Source: Paraburkholderia sp.
GTDB taxonomy: Bacteria; Pseudomonadota; Gammaproteobacteria; Burkholderiales; Burkholderiaceae
DNA: 64,000 nucleotides
Reading direction: 5' to 3'
Assembly: GCF_049581445.1 (NCBI RefSeq)
Contig: NZ_JBAURZ010000343.1
Location: 39 to 64,038, forward strand
Shown: positions 26,221-36,123 of the stretch, in pieces
Layout: each line of letters starts with the position of its first letter
Position numbering within the stretch: the first letter of the stretch is position 1
The notes under the pieces: model-generated
Told to the model about the DNA's origin: nothing
The model's database searches: none
What the model saw: the letters and a program-made list of their open reading frames with translations, nothing else
Translations under genes and position numbers: made by a program

Positions 26221-27489
26221 TCAATCTGGGTCCGGTGAGATGACGCTCGCCTTGTGTGGCGCGTCGGGATGCGGAGTGTGCGCTGCTCTTGTACTGCCAG
26301 GAGCGCCGATCCAGTGGATGGCAGAAGCGACGAGCCCGAGCGTGATACCGAACGCGACGATGCCCGTCCAGCCGAAGCGCGACATCAGCCAGCCACTGAT
26401 GACGGTGCCGATGGCCCCGCCGAAGAAGGTGGCAGTCATATAGAGGCTGTTGATGCGGCCCTGCGCTTTATGATCGACCGCGAAGGCGCGCGTCTGGTTG
26501 GATACCAAGCCGGCCTGCACGCCGATATCCAGCACAATGACGCCGATCACGAGGAACGCGAGCGAAGAGTTCGCGCCGGCGAGAATCAGGTAGGCAAGCG
26601 TCACGATGCCGATACTGATTCCAATGACATGGCGGGTGCCGTGCCGGTCGGAGTAATGGCCTCCGAGTGATGCGGCAAACGCGCCAGCCGCACCGATGAT
26701 GCCGAAGCCGCCTGCCCATGCGCTGCCAAGGTGCCATGGTCCGGTCACAAGGAGCGCCGCCAGATTGACCCAGAAGGCGTTGAAACAGGCCCACAACAAC
26801 GCCTGGATCATCATGGATTCACGAATCGGGCGATGCTGCCGCGCCAGTGGCCAGAGCGAAGCGAGCAGGCGTCCGTAGGAGAGATCCGTGCTCGGCACAC
26901 CTTGCGGCAGGAGCGAAGCGGCGGCGATAAAGACCGGCACCATGAACACCGCTTCGAGCCCGTACACGGCGCGCCAGCCAAAAGTCGCGCCGACCACGCC
27001 CGCAATCGTGCGGCCGACCAGAATGCCGACCATAATGCCGCTGACGACTGTCCCGACATTACGCCCGCGCTGATGGGGGGGCGACATGACGGCCGCGAAG
27101 GGCACGAGTTGCTGTGGCACGCAACTGACGATGCCAAGACCAAAGGAGGCCGCGATCAGCGCCCAGATGCCGGGTGAGACCGCTGCCGCGATAGCGAACA
27201 CGAAGGCGAGTGCGATCTGCGCGAGCACGAGTTTGCGGCGGTCGAAGCGGTCGCCAAGCGGCAACAGCAACGCGAGCCCGGTCGAGAAGCCAAGCAGCGC
27301 CGCGGCGGCGACGAGATCGACCATCGCGAGGTCGACCCCCAAGCCCGCTTTGATCAGCGGCAGGATCGGCTGGGTGCAATAGATGTTGGTGATCACCGCG
27401 CCGGCGATGATTGCCATCATGACGATCTTGCCACGCGATGCTACCGCGTGCGTAGGTGGACTAACCGGTGCGCTGGGTCGGCCGTGCAT
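26221..27489 (-). CDS. MFS transporter
   Basis: 422 aa with 12 predicted hydrophobic helices. MFS loop motif 'LGDRFDRRK'. Confidence 0.8.
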   Translation of the reverse strand: MHGRPSAPVSPPTHAVASRGKIVMMAIIAGAVITNIYCTQPILPLIKAGLGVDLAMVDLVAAAALLGFSTGLALLLPLGDRFDRRKLVLAQIALAFVFAIAAAVSPGIWALIAASFGLGIVSCVPQQLVPFAAVMSPPHQRGRNVGTVVSGIMVGILVGRTIAGVVGATFGWRAVYGLEAVFMVPVFIAAASLLPQGVPSTDLSYGRLLASLWPLARQHRPIRESMMIQALLWACFNAFWVNLAALLVTGPWHLGSAWAGGFGIIGAAGAFAASLGGHYSDRHGTRHVIGISIGIVTLAYLILAGANSSLAFLVIGVIVLDIGVQAGLVSNQTRAFAVDHKAQGRINSLYMTATFFGGAIGTVISGWLMSRFGWTGIVAFGITLGLVASAIHWIGAPGSTRAAHTPHPDAPHKASVISPDPD

Positions 27490-27516
27490 GGCATTCTCCT
27501 TGTGTCGCCCGACCTG

Positions 27517-28026
27517 TCAGCTCGCTTCCGCCTTAACTTCTTTCAGTTCCCCGTTTGCGAGATTCAGAACAAAGCCGCGGATGACGATATCTGACGGCAC
27601 CCACGGATGAGAGCGAAGCTTCAACATCTGCTTTTTCGTGGCTTCATTGACGTCCGTATAGAAGTGGAACACTGCGGGCGTCACAGCCAGCGAGCCAGTG
27701 CGTTCGTGCAGATGCGTCTCAAACGTGCCGTCCGTAAACATCTCCATCCCACATCCCGTGTGCCCAACAATCATGATTTCCGTCACGCCCAGAACGTGAA
27801 TCGAAAACATGAGTGATCGCACAACATCTTCGGTAACGACTGTTCCAACATTCCGAATTACGTCCGCGTCGGCGGGTTTGATATCGAATCGTTCTAACAG
27901 CCCATTCATACGTGGGTCCATGCACGTGATGATCGCAACCTTTGGGGCCGGCTTTCCCGCCAGCGATGCATCATGATGCTTTGCACTTGCTTGACTTGAA
28001 GTGATTGCGTGTTCGATCAGACTCAT
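27517..28026 (-). CDS. Beta-class carbonic anhydrase-like protein
   Basis: 169 aa. Zinc ligand motifs CxDxR ('ITCMDPR') and HxxC ('GHTGCGM'). Confidence 0.75.
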   Translation of the reverse strand: MSLIEHAITSSQASAKHHDASLAGKPAPKVAIITCMDPRMNGLLERFDIKPADADVIRNVGTVVTEDVVRSLMFSIHVLGVTEIMIVGHTGCGMEMFTDGTFETHLHERTGSLAVTPAVFHFYTDVNEATKKQMLKLRSHPWVPSDIVIRGFVLNLANGELKEVKAEAS

Positions 28027-28087
28027 TTGGCTTCTCCGTTGATAACCGTGGTTCCTGCCCAGTTAAAACAGTCTTCGATTCTTTAAA

Positions 28088-28260
28088 TTAGTATTCCTTT
28101 ATAAATGCACCGCGCCGCTCCGATGCTTCGGCCGTTTCAAAATCACCCTCGGTCCAGACAGCGCGGAGCGTGCGAATGAGGTCTACATTCGCGTCCAGCA
28201 ATGTGTTCGAAGCTGCATTACTCTGCGTTCCGATAAACGCGCAGCGCATTACGATTTGAT
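28088..28260 (-). pseudogene. 3' remnant of a third OMF gene
   Basis: '..[22 protein letters not shown]' and its DNA (28150..28240) align to the 3' end of OMF system 2 (20350..20440, '[21 protein letters not shown]'). No upstream OMF sequence remains. Confidence 0.55.
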
Positions 28261-28643
28261 TACGTGCGCATAGGTGGCCGCACCGCGCCGACAAAATGCG
28301 CGAAAGCTTGACTGACGCGTCAGTTGAAAACGAGCACGCTACATCAAGGACAAAATCGATTCTGACCGGTTGTCTGGTTGCTTTACCGATGATGATGCCC
28401 TATCAACCAACTTGTCCTTGAGACGTCTCAGTCATGATTGACGATGGCTGGATTCTGGACGAGTTTCGACGCGAAAACATCCAGGGCGGTGGAAATTCAA
28501 TTGTTCCCTTCTGTCAACCACGCGTCGGGTCTCGCGGTAGACTAAGGCTTCGAGAGCGGTGCTCTGACTGACGCTGAAGGACTTAGGCCGCACGAACGCG
28601 GTGGTCCGGATGATCCTCTGACCATGAAAGGAAACGCGACCCT

Positions 28644-29129
28644 ATGCCAACCCTCGAGCGAGCGCAACCGACCAGGTTTATCGACTCTGTCTGGCGTTTG
28701 GTGCTTCGCCTCGGCTTCCGCCTCGCCCGCATCTGGTGGTCCCTTCGACGGCCACACCATGAGGGCGCGCTTGTAGCCATCTATGTCGGGCAGGGGCTTT
28801 TGCTGGTGAGGTCATCGTACCGGGCCGAGTGGAATTTCCCGGGCGGTAGTGTCCACCCCGGTGAGACGCCTGAGGAAGCCGCGCAACGCGAAATGGACGA
28901 GGAGATCGGTCTCTCGTCGCATCCGTTGGTTGCCGCTGGCAGCGCGAGCGGCATCTGGGACGGGCGAAGAGACCGGGTACATTTCTTTGAACTGCACCTC
29001 GATCAGCTACCCGATTTGCGGCTTGATAACCGTGAGATTATCGGTGCGCAGTTGGTGTCGCCGGAAGAGTTGGACGGCATGGCGGTGACAGAGGCGGTCG
29101 CTGCGTATCTCAGCAAAAATCACCGCTGA
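28644..29129 (+). CDS. NUDIX hydrolase
   Basis: 161 aa. NUDIX box 'GGSVHPGETPEEAAQREMDEEIGL'. Confidence 0.85.
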   Translation: MPTLERAQPTRFIDSVWRLVLRLGFRLARIWWSLRRPHHEGALVAIYVGQGLLLVRSSYRAEWNFPGGSVHPGETPEEAAQREMDEEIGLSSHPLVAAGSASGIWDGRRDRVHFFELHLDQLPDLRLDNREIIGAQLVSPEELDGMAVTEAVAAYLSKNHR

Positions 29130-29236
29130 TCAATTTCACGAGCTCGCAATATAAGCAGTACATTGCATATCGATCTAATGCTCGCCTTGATCACTACCGC
29201 GACAAAACCCGGCGGAATCGGGCATGGGGGAAGACC

Positions 29237-30034
29237 GTGACTTGCCGCAAGCTGACGTTTCACGCACTCGTATTCTGCTTCGCGGGCGCATTACTGGGCA
29301 GCGGCGCGGCATCAGCAGATGAAGTCAAGGTGATGATTTCGGGCGGATTTGCGTCAGCCTATCGCGAACTGGGCCCGCAATACGAGGAGTCGACCGGCGA
29401 TACGCTGGTTCCCGTCTGGGGGCCCGCTGCGGGCACCGCTGCGAATGCCATTCCTGTACGACTCGCACGCGGCGAATGGGCCGATGTGCTGATCGAGGTC
29501 GGCTATGCGCTCGACGATCAGATCAACGCTGGCAAGGTCGTACCTGACAGCAAGGTGGACTTCGCACGCTCGCCAATCGGCGTGGCGGTTCGCGAGGGAG
29601 CGCCGAAGCCGGACCTCAGCTCGGTCGACGCGTTGCGGCGCACGCTGCTCGCAGCGAAGTCGATCGTCTATCCGGACGACGCGATTGGGCTCTATATCCG
29701 CGGCGAACTGTTCCGGCGTCTCGGTATCGAGGGCCAGGTGGAGAGCAAGAGCCGCATGATCCCGGCCGAGCGGGTCGCCCGTGTTGTCGCGAACGGCGAA
29801 GCGGAGATCGGATTTCAGCAGATCGTCGAGCTGTTGCCGGTGGACGGGGTGACGGTGGCCGGCAGTTTGCCCGCGGAGGTACAAAGGTACACGGTGTTTT
29901 CCGGGGGTATCGTCACCAATGCGAAAAATCCGGCGGGCGCAGAGGCACTGATCCGTTTTCTGTCATCGCCGGACGCGGCCCCCTCGATTGAGGGGAGCGG
30001 GCTGGAACCGCTACCGGCGAAGGCTGCGAACTGA
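29237..30034 (+). CDS. Periplasmic substrate-binding protein (ModA-like type-2 PBP fold), orphan
   Basis: 265 aa. GTG start, signal peptide, 'VKVMISGGFASAY..AEIGFQQIVELL'. No permease or ATPase gene is nearby. Confidence 0.65.
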   Translation: MTCRKLTFHALVFCFAGALLGSGAASADEVKVMISGGFASAYRELGPQYEESTGDTLVPVWGPAAGTAANAIPVRLARGEWADVLIEVGYALDDQINAGKVVPDSKVDFARSPIGVAVREGAPKPDLSSVDALRRTLLAAKSIVYPDDAIGLYIRGELFRRLGIEGQVESKSRMIPAERVARVVANGEAEIGFQQIVELLPVDGVTVAGSLPAEVQRYTVFSGGIVTNAKNPAGAEALIRFLSSPDAAPSIEGSGLEPLPAKAAN

Positions 30035-30268
30035 GAGGCGAGCCGGCAGGTCTGGCTTGCGAAAGAGCGTTTGTGCGATTGCGCACAGTCGAAAAAATAC
30101 GTGAACAACTAGCCTAGGTGGTCGGAAATCGACACGGGGGTGCTTCATGGATTCCGCGATTCAGGTTCCGATCACTTGAAGGAATTTCAGGAAGTCCGTC
30201 AAAAAAGCAAAGACTCCGCCGCGCGATCGGACCTGATCGATACGCGCGCTCGCTATAGGGAGCTTTAG

Positions 30269-33200
30269 ATGGATGTCCTTCGCCTGCTCGACAGCGGGCG
30301 CCAGTCAGGTGAGACTGGCGCGCGATTACCAATTTATGACTGCGCGCCTGAGCGCATCGCCGCGTCGCAAATGACTGCGTTCACCGTGGCGCTCGAGGCG
30401 CATACGGGTCGCGTCTTTGCAGACTACGCGGCATTGCACGATTTCTCTGTGCGAGAGTACCGAACGTTCTGGCGATGCTTCGTGCAGTGGGCACGGGGGC
30501 TCGATTGGTCTGGGGATGCTGAGCCTGTCTGTGTCGGCGACGACTGCGAGCATGCGCGCTTCTTTCCGCATCTCGAACTGAACTATGCGAATGACGTGCT
30601 CAGTTTATCCGTGGCTGGGGCCGACGCACCAGCCGTGATCGGATGTTACGCTGACGGCCGACGCGCGCGCCTGACCCGTGGCGAACTGCGCGAGCGGGTG
30701 GCGCGTCTTGCGCATGCGCTGTCGGAGCTGGGACTTAATGAGGGCGATCGGGTCGTCGGCGTGATGCGCAACGACACGGACGCCATTGTGGCCGCGCTGG
30801 CTGTTGCCGCGATAGGCGCTACGCTGTCGACCGCAGCGCCCGAGATGGGCGTCGAGACAATCGTCGACCGCTTTGCGCCACTCGCACCGCGCCTGCTGTT
30901 TGCGCACGCGGCGACGCGGGCTTTCGATACAGGCGCTCCGTTAGCGGGCAACGTTGCCGCTCTGGCGGCGGCCTTACCCTCGGTGCAGGGCATCGTCTGT
31001 CTTGACGAAGGACACTTGCCGGACACCATCAAACAGCCGGTCTATTCCCTCGACGCGTTGATCGACGGCGGCGACGCCGGGCGCTTCGCATGGCGTCGTT
31101 TCCCATTCAGCCATCCGCTTTTCGTCATGTTCTCGTCGGGCACGACTGGCAAGCCGAAGTGCATCGTGCACGGCGCCGGCGGCACATTGATCGAGCACCT
31201 GAAGGAGCATCGCCTTCACTGCGACCTGCGGCCGGGCGATCGGATGTACTTTCACACCAGTTGCTCATGGATGATGTGGAACTGGCAACTGTCCGCGCTC
31301 GCGTCTGGCGTCGAGATTGTGACCTACGACGGTCCGATTTCCTCGGTCGACACGTTGTGGCGTTTAGTGGCGGACGAGCGCGTGACTGTATTCGGCACGA
31401 GCCCCGCTTATCTGAAGATGTGCGAAGAGACGGGTCTGATCCCCGGCAATCAATTTGATCTCAGCGCACTGCGCGCAATGTTTTCGACCGGCGCTGTGCT
31501 GTTCGACTCGCAGTTCGAGTGGGTGCGTGACCATGTCAAACCGCTACCGTTGCAGTCGATCTCCGGGGGCACTGACATACTTGGTTGCTTCGTGCTGGGG
31601 AATCCGAACTTGCCGGTCTACGCGGGCGAAGCGCAGTGCAGGAGCCTCGCGCTCGATGTTCAGTCATGGACGGGCGGGACTCGCGCGGACGGCATCGGTC
31701 AACTGGTCTGCGTCAATTCTTTTCCGTCCCGTCCGATCGGTTTTTTTGGTGATGCCGACGGCGCCGCGTTTCACGCCGCCTATTTCGCGGCCAACCCTGG
31801 TGCCTGGACCCATGGCGATCTCATCGAGTTTTCGGCACAAGGCTCTGCACGGCTGCATGGCCGGTCCGATGGCGTACTTAATGTGCGTGGTATCAACGTG
31901 GGACCGGGCGAGATCTACCGAGTCCTGAACGACATACCGGGTATCCGCGAAGCAATGGTGGTCGAACAGCGATCGCGCGAAACGCCGACCGAAAATCCAT
32001 CCACACATGGGGAGCGATTCGACACGCGCGTGGTATTGCTCGTGGTCTTGCAAGAGGGAGTTGCGTTGAGCAGCGCACTGGTTGCTCAAGTGCGCCGTGA
32101 CCTCGCGCGCCGTGCGTCGGCGGCGCATGTGCCGGACCGGATCATCGCAGTCGATGCGCTACCGGCGACGCACAACGGCAAACTGTCCGAAGCGGCAGCG
32201 CGCAACGCGGTCAACGGGCTACCTGTCTTCAATACGGCGGCGTTGCGTAACCCCGAGTGTCTCGACGCAATTCGCAACCACCCTGCGTTAAATTATGCGG
32301 CCCGTGAGTTGCCGCCAGCGGGCGGGTCGCGCCAACAACTCGAACAGCATTTGCAGGCGCAATGGGAGAATCTGCTAGGGTTCGGGCCGATATCCCGGGA
32401 CGACAATTTCTTCGAGTTGGGCGGACATTCACTGCTCGGAGTCCGGTTGCTGAGCGACCTCTCCGCTTTGACCAGACGGACGATTCCGCTTGCTACGCTG
32501 CTGACTGCGTCGACGATTGCACGCCTCGCTGAAGTGATCGACGGGAGCGCGCTGCCGGCATCCTCGCCGATCCTCGTGCCGGTACGCAGCGGTATCGGCA
32601 ACCCGCTATTTTTGATGCACAGCTTGAGCGGATCGGTGATGGAGTGCTGGGCGCTGGTTGCCGCGCTGCGTACTTCGCGCCCGGTGTATGGGCTGCAGGC
32701 ACTCGGCCTCGACGGTGATGAGCCGGTGCAGCAGCGCGTGGAGGACATGGCTCGTGGATATATCGAACAGATGCGCAGCGTCCAACCGAGCGGGCCGTAC
32801 GCGTTGGCTGGCTATTCGTTCGGTGGGCTGGTTGCGCTGGAGGTAGCGCAGCAGCTTTTAGTTGCCGGCGAGCAAGTGGAGGTTCTGTGTCTGCTTGACA
32901 CTTACGTCAATGAGCGCTGTTTGCCGTTGAGTGCGTGGATTCGCTATCAATGTCGCTACATGGCAGGACATGGGCGCGCGCTGCGCGAACTGCCCGCGTC
33001 ACAACGTCTGCGCTATTTGACGACGAAGTTCGTGGGCGCGGTCGATCGCGTGCGGATGCGTGCCGGGCGTCTTGCGCTGCGGCCGGATCCCAATACCGAG
33101 GGAATGCCGCCGACGTTGCGTCGCGTGCGCGCGGCACTGCGCGCAGCGATGACTGCCTATCGGCCACTGCCTTATCGCGCGGGGCCCATCGTTTATTTGC

Positions 33201-33370
33201 GAGCGGTCATCCCGGAGCGAGAACTTGGTGACCCGCTTCCACTATGGAAACGGGTGGCCCGCGCGGGGTTGATAGTCGTCCAGGTGCCTGGTGGCCATCC
33301 CGATATGATCACCGAACCGAACGTACTTACCGTTGCAGCCGCACTCGACCATGCGTTGGCGCAAGTCTGA
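30269..33370 (+). CDS. NRPS-like tridomain enzyme: acetoacetyl-CoA-synthetase-type adenylation domain + carrier (T) domain + type-I thioesterase
   Basis: 1033 aa. AacS-like N-terminus: 'ERIAASQMTAFTVALEAHTG..DYAALHDFSVREYRTFW'. Adenylation motifs: 'FSSGTTGKPKCIVH', 'SCSWMMWNW', 'SGGTDI', 'GRSDGVLNVRGINVGPGEIY', 'PATHNGKLSE'. Carrier domain: 'FFELGGHSLLGVRL'. TE domain: 'GYSFGG' ... 'GGHPDM'. Confidence 0.85.
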   Translation: MDVLRLLDSGRQSGETGARLPIYDCAPERIAASQMTAFTVALEAHTGRVFADYAALHDFSVREYRTFWRCFVQWARGLDWSGDAEPVCVGDDCEHARFFPHLELNYANDVLSLSVAGADAPAVIGCYADGRRARLTRGELRERVARLAHALSELGLNEGDRVVGVMRNDTDAIVAALAVAAIGATLSTAAPEMGVETIVDRFAPLAPRLLFAHAATRAFDTGAPLAGNVAALAAALPSVQGIVCLDEGHLPDTIKQPVYSLDALIDGGDAGRFAWRRFPFSHPLFVMFSSGTTGKPKCIVHGAGGTLIEHLKEHRLHCDLRPGDRMYFHTSCSWMMWNWQLSALASGVEIVTYDGPISSVDTLWRLVADERVTVFGTSPAYLKMCEETGLIPGNQFDLSALRAMFSTGAVLFDSQFEWVRDHVKPLPLQSISGGTDILGCFVLGNPNLPVYAGEAQCRSLALDVQSWTGGTRADGIGQLVCVNSFPSRPIGFFGDADGAAFHAAYFAANPGAWTHGDLIEFSAQGSARLHGRSDGVLNVRGINVGPGEIYRVLNDIPGIREAMVVEQRSRETPTENPSTHGERFDTRVVLLVVLQEGVALSSALVAQVRRDLARRASAAHVPDRIIAVDALPATHNGKLSEAAARNAVNGLPVFNTAALRNPECLDAIRNHPALNYAARELPPAGGSRQQLEQHLQAQWENLLGFGPISRDDNFFELGGHSLLGVRLLSDLSALTRRTIPLATLLTASTIARLAEVIDGSALPASSPILVPVRSGIGNPLFLMHSLSGSVMECWALVAALRTSRPVYGLQALGLDGDEPVQQRVEDMARGYIEQMRSVQPSGPYALAGYSFGGLVALEVAQQLLVAGEQVEVLCLLDTYVNERCLPLSAWIRYQCRYMAGHGRALRELPASQRLRYLTTKFVGAVDRVRMRAGRLALRPDPNTEGMPPTLRRVRAALRAAMTAYRPLPYRAGPIVYLRAVIPERELGDPLPLWKRVARAGLIVVQVPGGHPDMITEPNVLTVAAALDHALAQV

Positions 33371-33415
33371 CATCGATGGCAAGTATGCCTGAATATTTAT
33401 TGCGGACTAGATGGC

Positions 33416-34201
33416 ATGTGGCACGATCCCGTCACTATGGAAAACGCGCGACGTATCGAGTGTTGTTCGCTATCGAATGCGTGCGGCCTGTCATTGACCA
33501 AGGATACGGTCCACGTGTGGGTGCTCAACGATTCGGATGTCGGCCAGGCAAGCGCGACGTTCGTCCAGACACTTTCACCGGATGAACGAAAGCGGGCGCA
33601 CGCCTGCAAGCGGGCAAGAGATCGCGATCGAGTCATCGCCCGGCGAGGCATGCTCCGCACGTTGCTCGGATACTACCTCGACTGCCGGCCGGAATGCCTG
33701 AGCTTCGGCGTTGCCGATTTCGGCAAGCCGTTCTTGCAACGCGAGGGCGCTGCACAGCTTGCCTTCAACGTTTCCCAGAGTGACGGGATTGCGCTGCTCG
33801 CTTTTGCGTGGAATTGCCATATCGGCGTAGACGTCGAGCGGCCGGTCGGTGGCTTCGACGTCGCCGGCGTGGCCAGTCAGATTTTTTCTTCAACGGAACT
33901 GAAAACGCTCGAGGCCAACCGCTCCGTTTCGGTCGATACGTTCTTTTCGATCTGGGTCCGGAAGGAAGCGCTGTTAAAAGCGCTAGGCACCGGTCTATAC
34001 AGCGGTGATCTAACGGCCTACACCACGGAAGACGATTCGCGACTGGGCGGTGGCCACTGGCGCGCTTTATATAACCGCACAGTCGTAACGTCAGGATGGA
34101 CGTGCGTCGACTTTGACCTCCGTCCGCAGGCGCGAGGCGCGCTGGCCGTGTCGCTTGACGGTGTACAGGTCTCGCTCTACGTCTGCTCGTTTGCGCCTTA
34201 A
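33416..34201 (+). CDS. Sfp-type 4'-phosphopantetheinyl transferase
   Basis: 261 aa. Motifs: 'FGKPFL', 'FNVSQSDG', 'IGVDVE', 'FSIWVRKEALLKALGTG'. It lies 46 nt downstream of the A-T-TE gene. Confidence 0.85.
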   Translation: MWHDPVTMENARRIECCSLSNACGLSLTKDTVHVWVLNDSDVGQASATFVQTLSPDERKRAHACKRARDRDRVIARRGMLRTLLGYYLDCRPECLSFGVADFGKPFLQREGAAQLAFNVSQSDGIALLAFAWNCHIGVDVERPVGGFDVAGVASQIFSSTELKTLEANRSVSVDTFFSIWVRKEALLKALGTGLYSGDLTAYTTEDDSRLGGGHWRALYNRTVVTSGWTCVDFDLRPQARGALAVSLDGVQVSLYVCSFAP

Positions 34202-34263
34202 CAGGTTGCTGATATACGACCGCGCAGGAACGGCTTACCGCCATCCGCGCGACTGACGTCGCC

Positions 34264-34750
34264 TCAACATTCGGTACGCGCGAATGCCGAAACAAGATAT
34301 TCGATGAACACCTTCACTCGCTTCGGCACTCGACGGCCCGCCGGATAGACAAGATGAATGGGAACGCGCTCGGGTTGCAAATCGGGTAGTAGCACTTGGG
34401 CCTGGCCGGAATGGATCTCTTCCGCCATTAGCCAGTACGGCGCCTGAGCAATGCCAAGGCCGCAAAGCACAGCCGCGCGAATATGCTCTGCATCACCGGT
34501 CAACAGCGAGCCGTGCGGCACATAGGAGACTGCATCCTTCCCGACCCTGAGTGACCAGGGGTAGCGCTCTCGCCCTTTCGCGAAGACGATACAGGTGTGC
34601 TTGTCGAGGTCCGCAAGCCGGCCCGGTACACCCTTCGCTGCAACATAGCCGGGGCTCGCCACGAGCAAAAAATCTGTCTCAGAGAGCTTCCTTGCCGTCA
34701 GCGAGGAATCGATCAATCGCCCGTGGCGAACCGCCAGATCAAAGCATTCT
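34264..34750 (-). pseudogene. LysR-family regulator lacking its N-terminal HTH domain
   Basis: Only the effector-binding half remains: 'DLAVRHGRLIDSSLTARKL..PIHLVYPAGRRVPKRVKVFIEYL'. The upstream part is replaced by the 3' end of the cytochrome b561 gene. Confidence 0.6.
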
Positions 34751-35263
34751 TCGCAGCACGTTGTTACGGTTGATCAATTGATGTTTGACTACCGCGAGCA
34801 CGTGCAGCACAACCAGGCCTGCCAGCAGCGCGCAACTTGCGCGGTGTATCACGAAGAGTTCGTCGGTGAGCGCGCCTTTCACGAATGGTGTGTGAATCTC
34901 GACCAGACCAAAAAATGAATAGCCGTTCGGGACCATCAAGAATCCGCTGGCCAACACCGCAAAGACCGTAACGTAGATCAAAATGTGCACTCGGTGCGCC
35001 AGCGCGTTCTGCGCGTCGGATACGCCGGCAAGTGCGCGTGGCTCATTTCGCACGAACTTCCACCACACTCGTAGCGGGAAGAGCGCGATCAGCACCGTAG
35101 CGACTGACATATTTAGTCGCGAAAGGAAATCCCGTTCGGGTCCACCCGGAAGCTCGGCTAGCGCGTAGCCAGCAACACTGGCGTAAATAATTCCGGCGGC
35201 GAATACCCAATGGAAAAACCTCGCGACGCCATCGTAATGATCCAGATCGCGCCCGCGCTTCAT
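34739..35263 (-). CDS. Cytochrome b561 family protein (CybB-like)
   Basis: 'YDGVARFFHWVFAAGIIY..' with four TM helices and conserved His residues. Start set at 'MKRGRDLDHY'; the ORF extends to 35428. Confidence 0.7.
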   Translation of the reverse strand: MKRGRDLDHYDGVARFFHWVFAAGIIYASVAGYALAELPGGPERDFLSRLNMSVATVLIALFPLRVWWKFVRNEPRALAGVSDAQNALAHRVHILIYVTVFAVLASGFLMVPNGYSFFGLVEIHTPFVKGALTDELFVIHRASCALLAGLVVLHVLAVVKHQLINRNNVLRRML

Positions 35264-35673
35264 CAACTGACGTGCAATGCGCTCGTCAAGGCAATCGCTC
35301 TGAATGATAGCGGCTTGCGCCTCCCCAGTGCCGATTCGGCTATGTGATGCCGTTTGCGGCATCTGGTTCATATGCACGTTCACGTCCAAGCCTGTTAAGC
35401 GGATTCGATGCGCCGGTGTGCGCCACACATTGCTGGTTGTTCGGCGAGGCCGTTACGCGCTCAACGCGTGCCGCGCCAACGGTCCGACGAGTGTCAGATC
35501 GTATCCATGTGGCGTTCATTGGTCAATAGAAATGCAAATAACAATCATCCGCATTTACATTTGACTTGCACTCGCTTCAGGTGGACTGCCGCGATTCCTT
35601 GCCGGCTACCAAAAAAGGGGATTTGGGCCCGCGCTCGGGGCGTCTCCTACATGGGGCGCAGGCGATCACCTGC

Positions 35674-36123
35674 CTACAGCAGGGATTTGCCTTGGGCGAG
35701 AATCTTGTCGCAGACCTGCTTCGTGACCTGCTCCTTCAAACCGCCGCCGCTCAGGTCAACCTGCTTACCGTCACCGCTAGTCAGGATCCCCTTGGCACCA
35801 CTGGTGTACCCGCTGTCGCTCGACGAGGAACCGCCCGGTAGTTTGCTCATCAGGCCGTCCTTGACCGACGATGCATCGCCGCCGAGATAGTTGTTCTTGA
35901 TGCAGTATTGGAGTACGCCAGCAACGTTGCCGGTACTGCTGGAGGTTAGCGACTGCGCCGACAATCCGCTGCCTAAACCGCCGAGGCTGCTAAGTCCGCC
36001 AGCGGCACCGCTGTTTCCACTCTGATTGAGAAGGCTGCCGAGTTGGGCGTGGGCGGCGGGAACAGATAGCAGGGCAGCGATCAGGAACCCACTGGCCCAG
36101 GTGCGACGTTTGCATGCGGTCAT
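35674..36123 (-). CDS. Secreted DUF2501-like protein
   Basis: 149 aa. Signal peptide, Gly/Ser-rich linker, and 'GNVAGVLQYCIKNNYLGG..QVCDKIL'. Confidence 0.65.
   Translation of the reverse strand: MTACKRRTWASGFLIAALLSVPAAHAQLGSLLNQSGNSGAAGGLSSLGGLGSGLSAQSLTSSSTGNVAGVLQYCIKNNYLGGDASSVKDGLMSKLPGGSSSSDSGYTSGAKGILTSGDGKQVDLSGGGLKEQVTKQVCDKILAQGKSLL

Noticed and set aside
28311-28324. Isolated 14-bp perfect palindrome ACTGACGCGTCAGT in the gap between the OMF remnant and the NUDIX gene
   Set aside because: It occurs once only and is not positioned relative to any recognisable promoter. It lies in a region that looks like decayed DNA, so there is no basis to assign a function.
28434-28574. 46-codon plus-strand ORF ('MIDDGWILDEFRRENIQGG..') upstream of the NUDIX gene
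   Set aside because: No SD, no recognisable family, and within decayed intergenic DNA.
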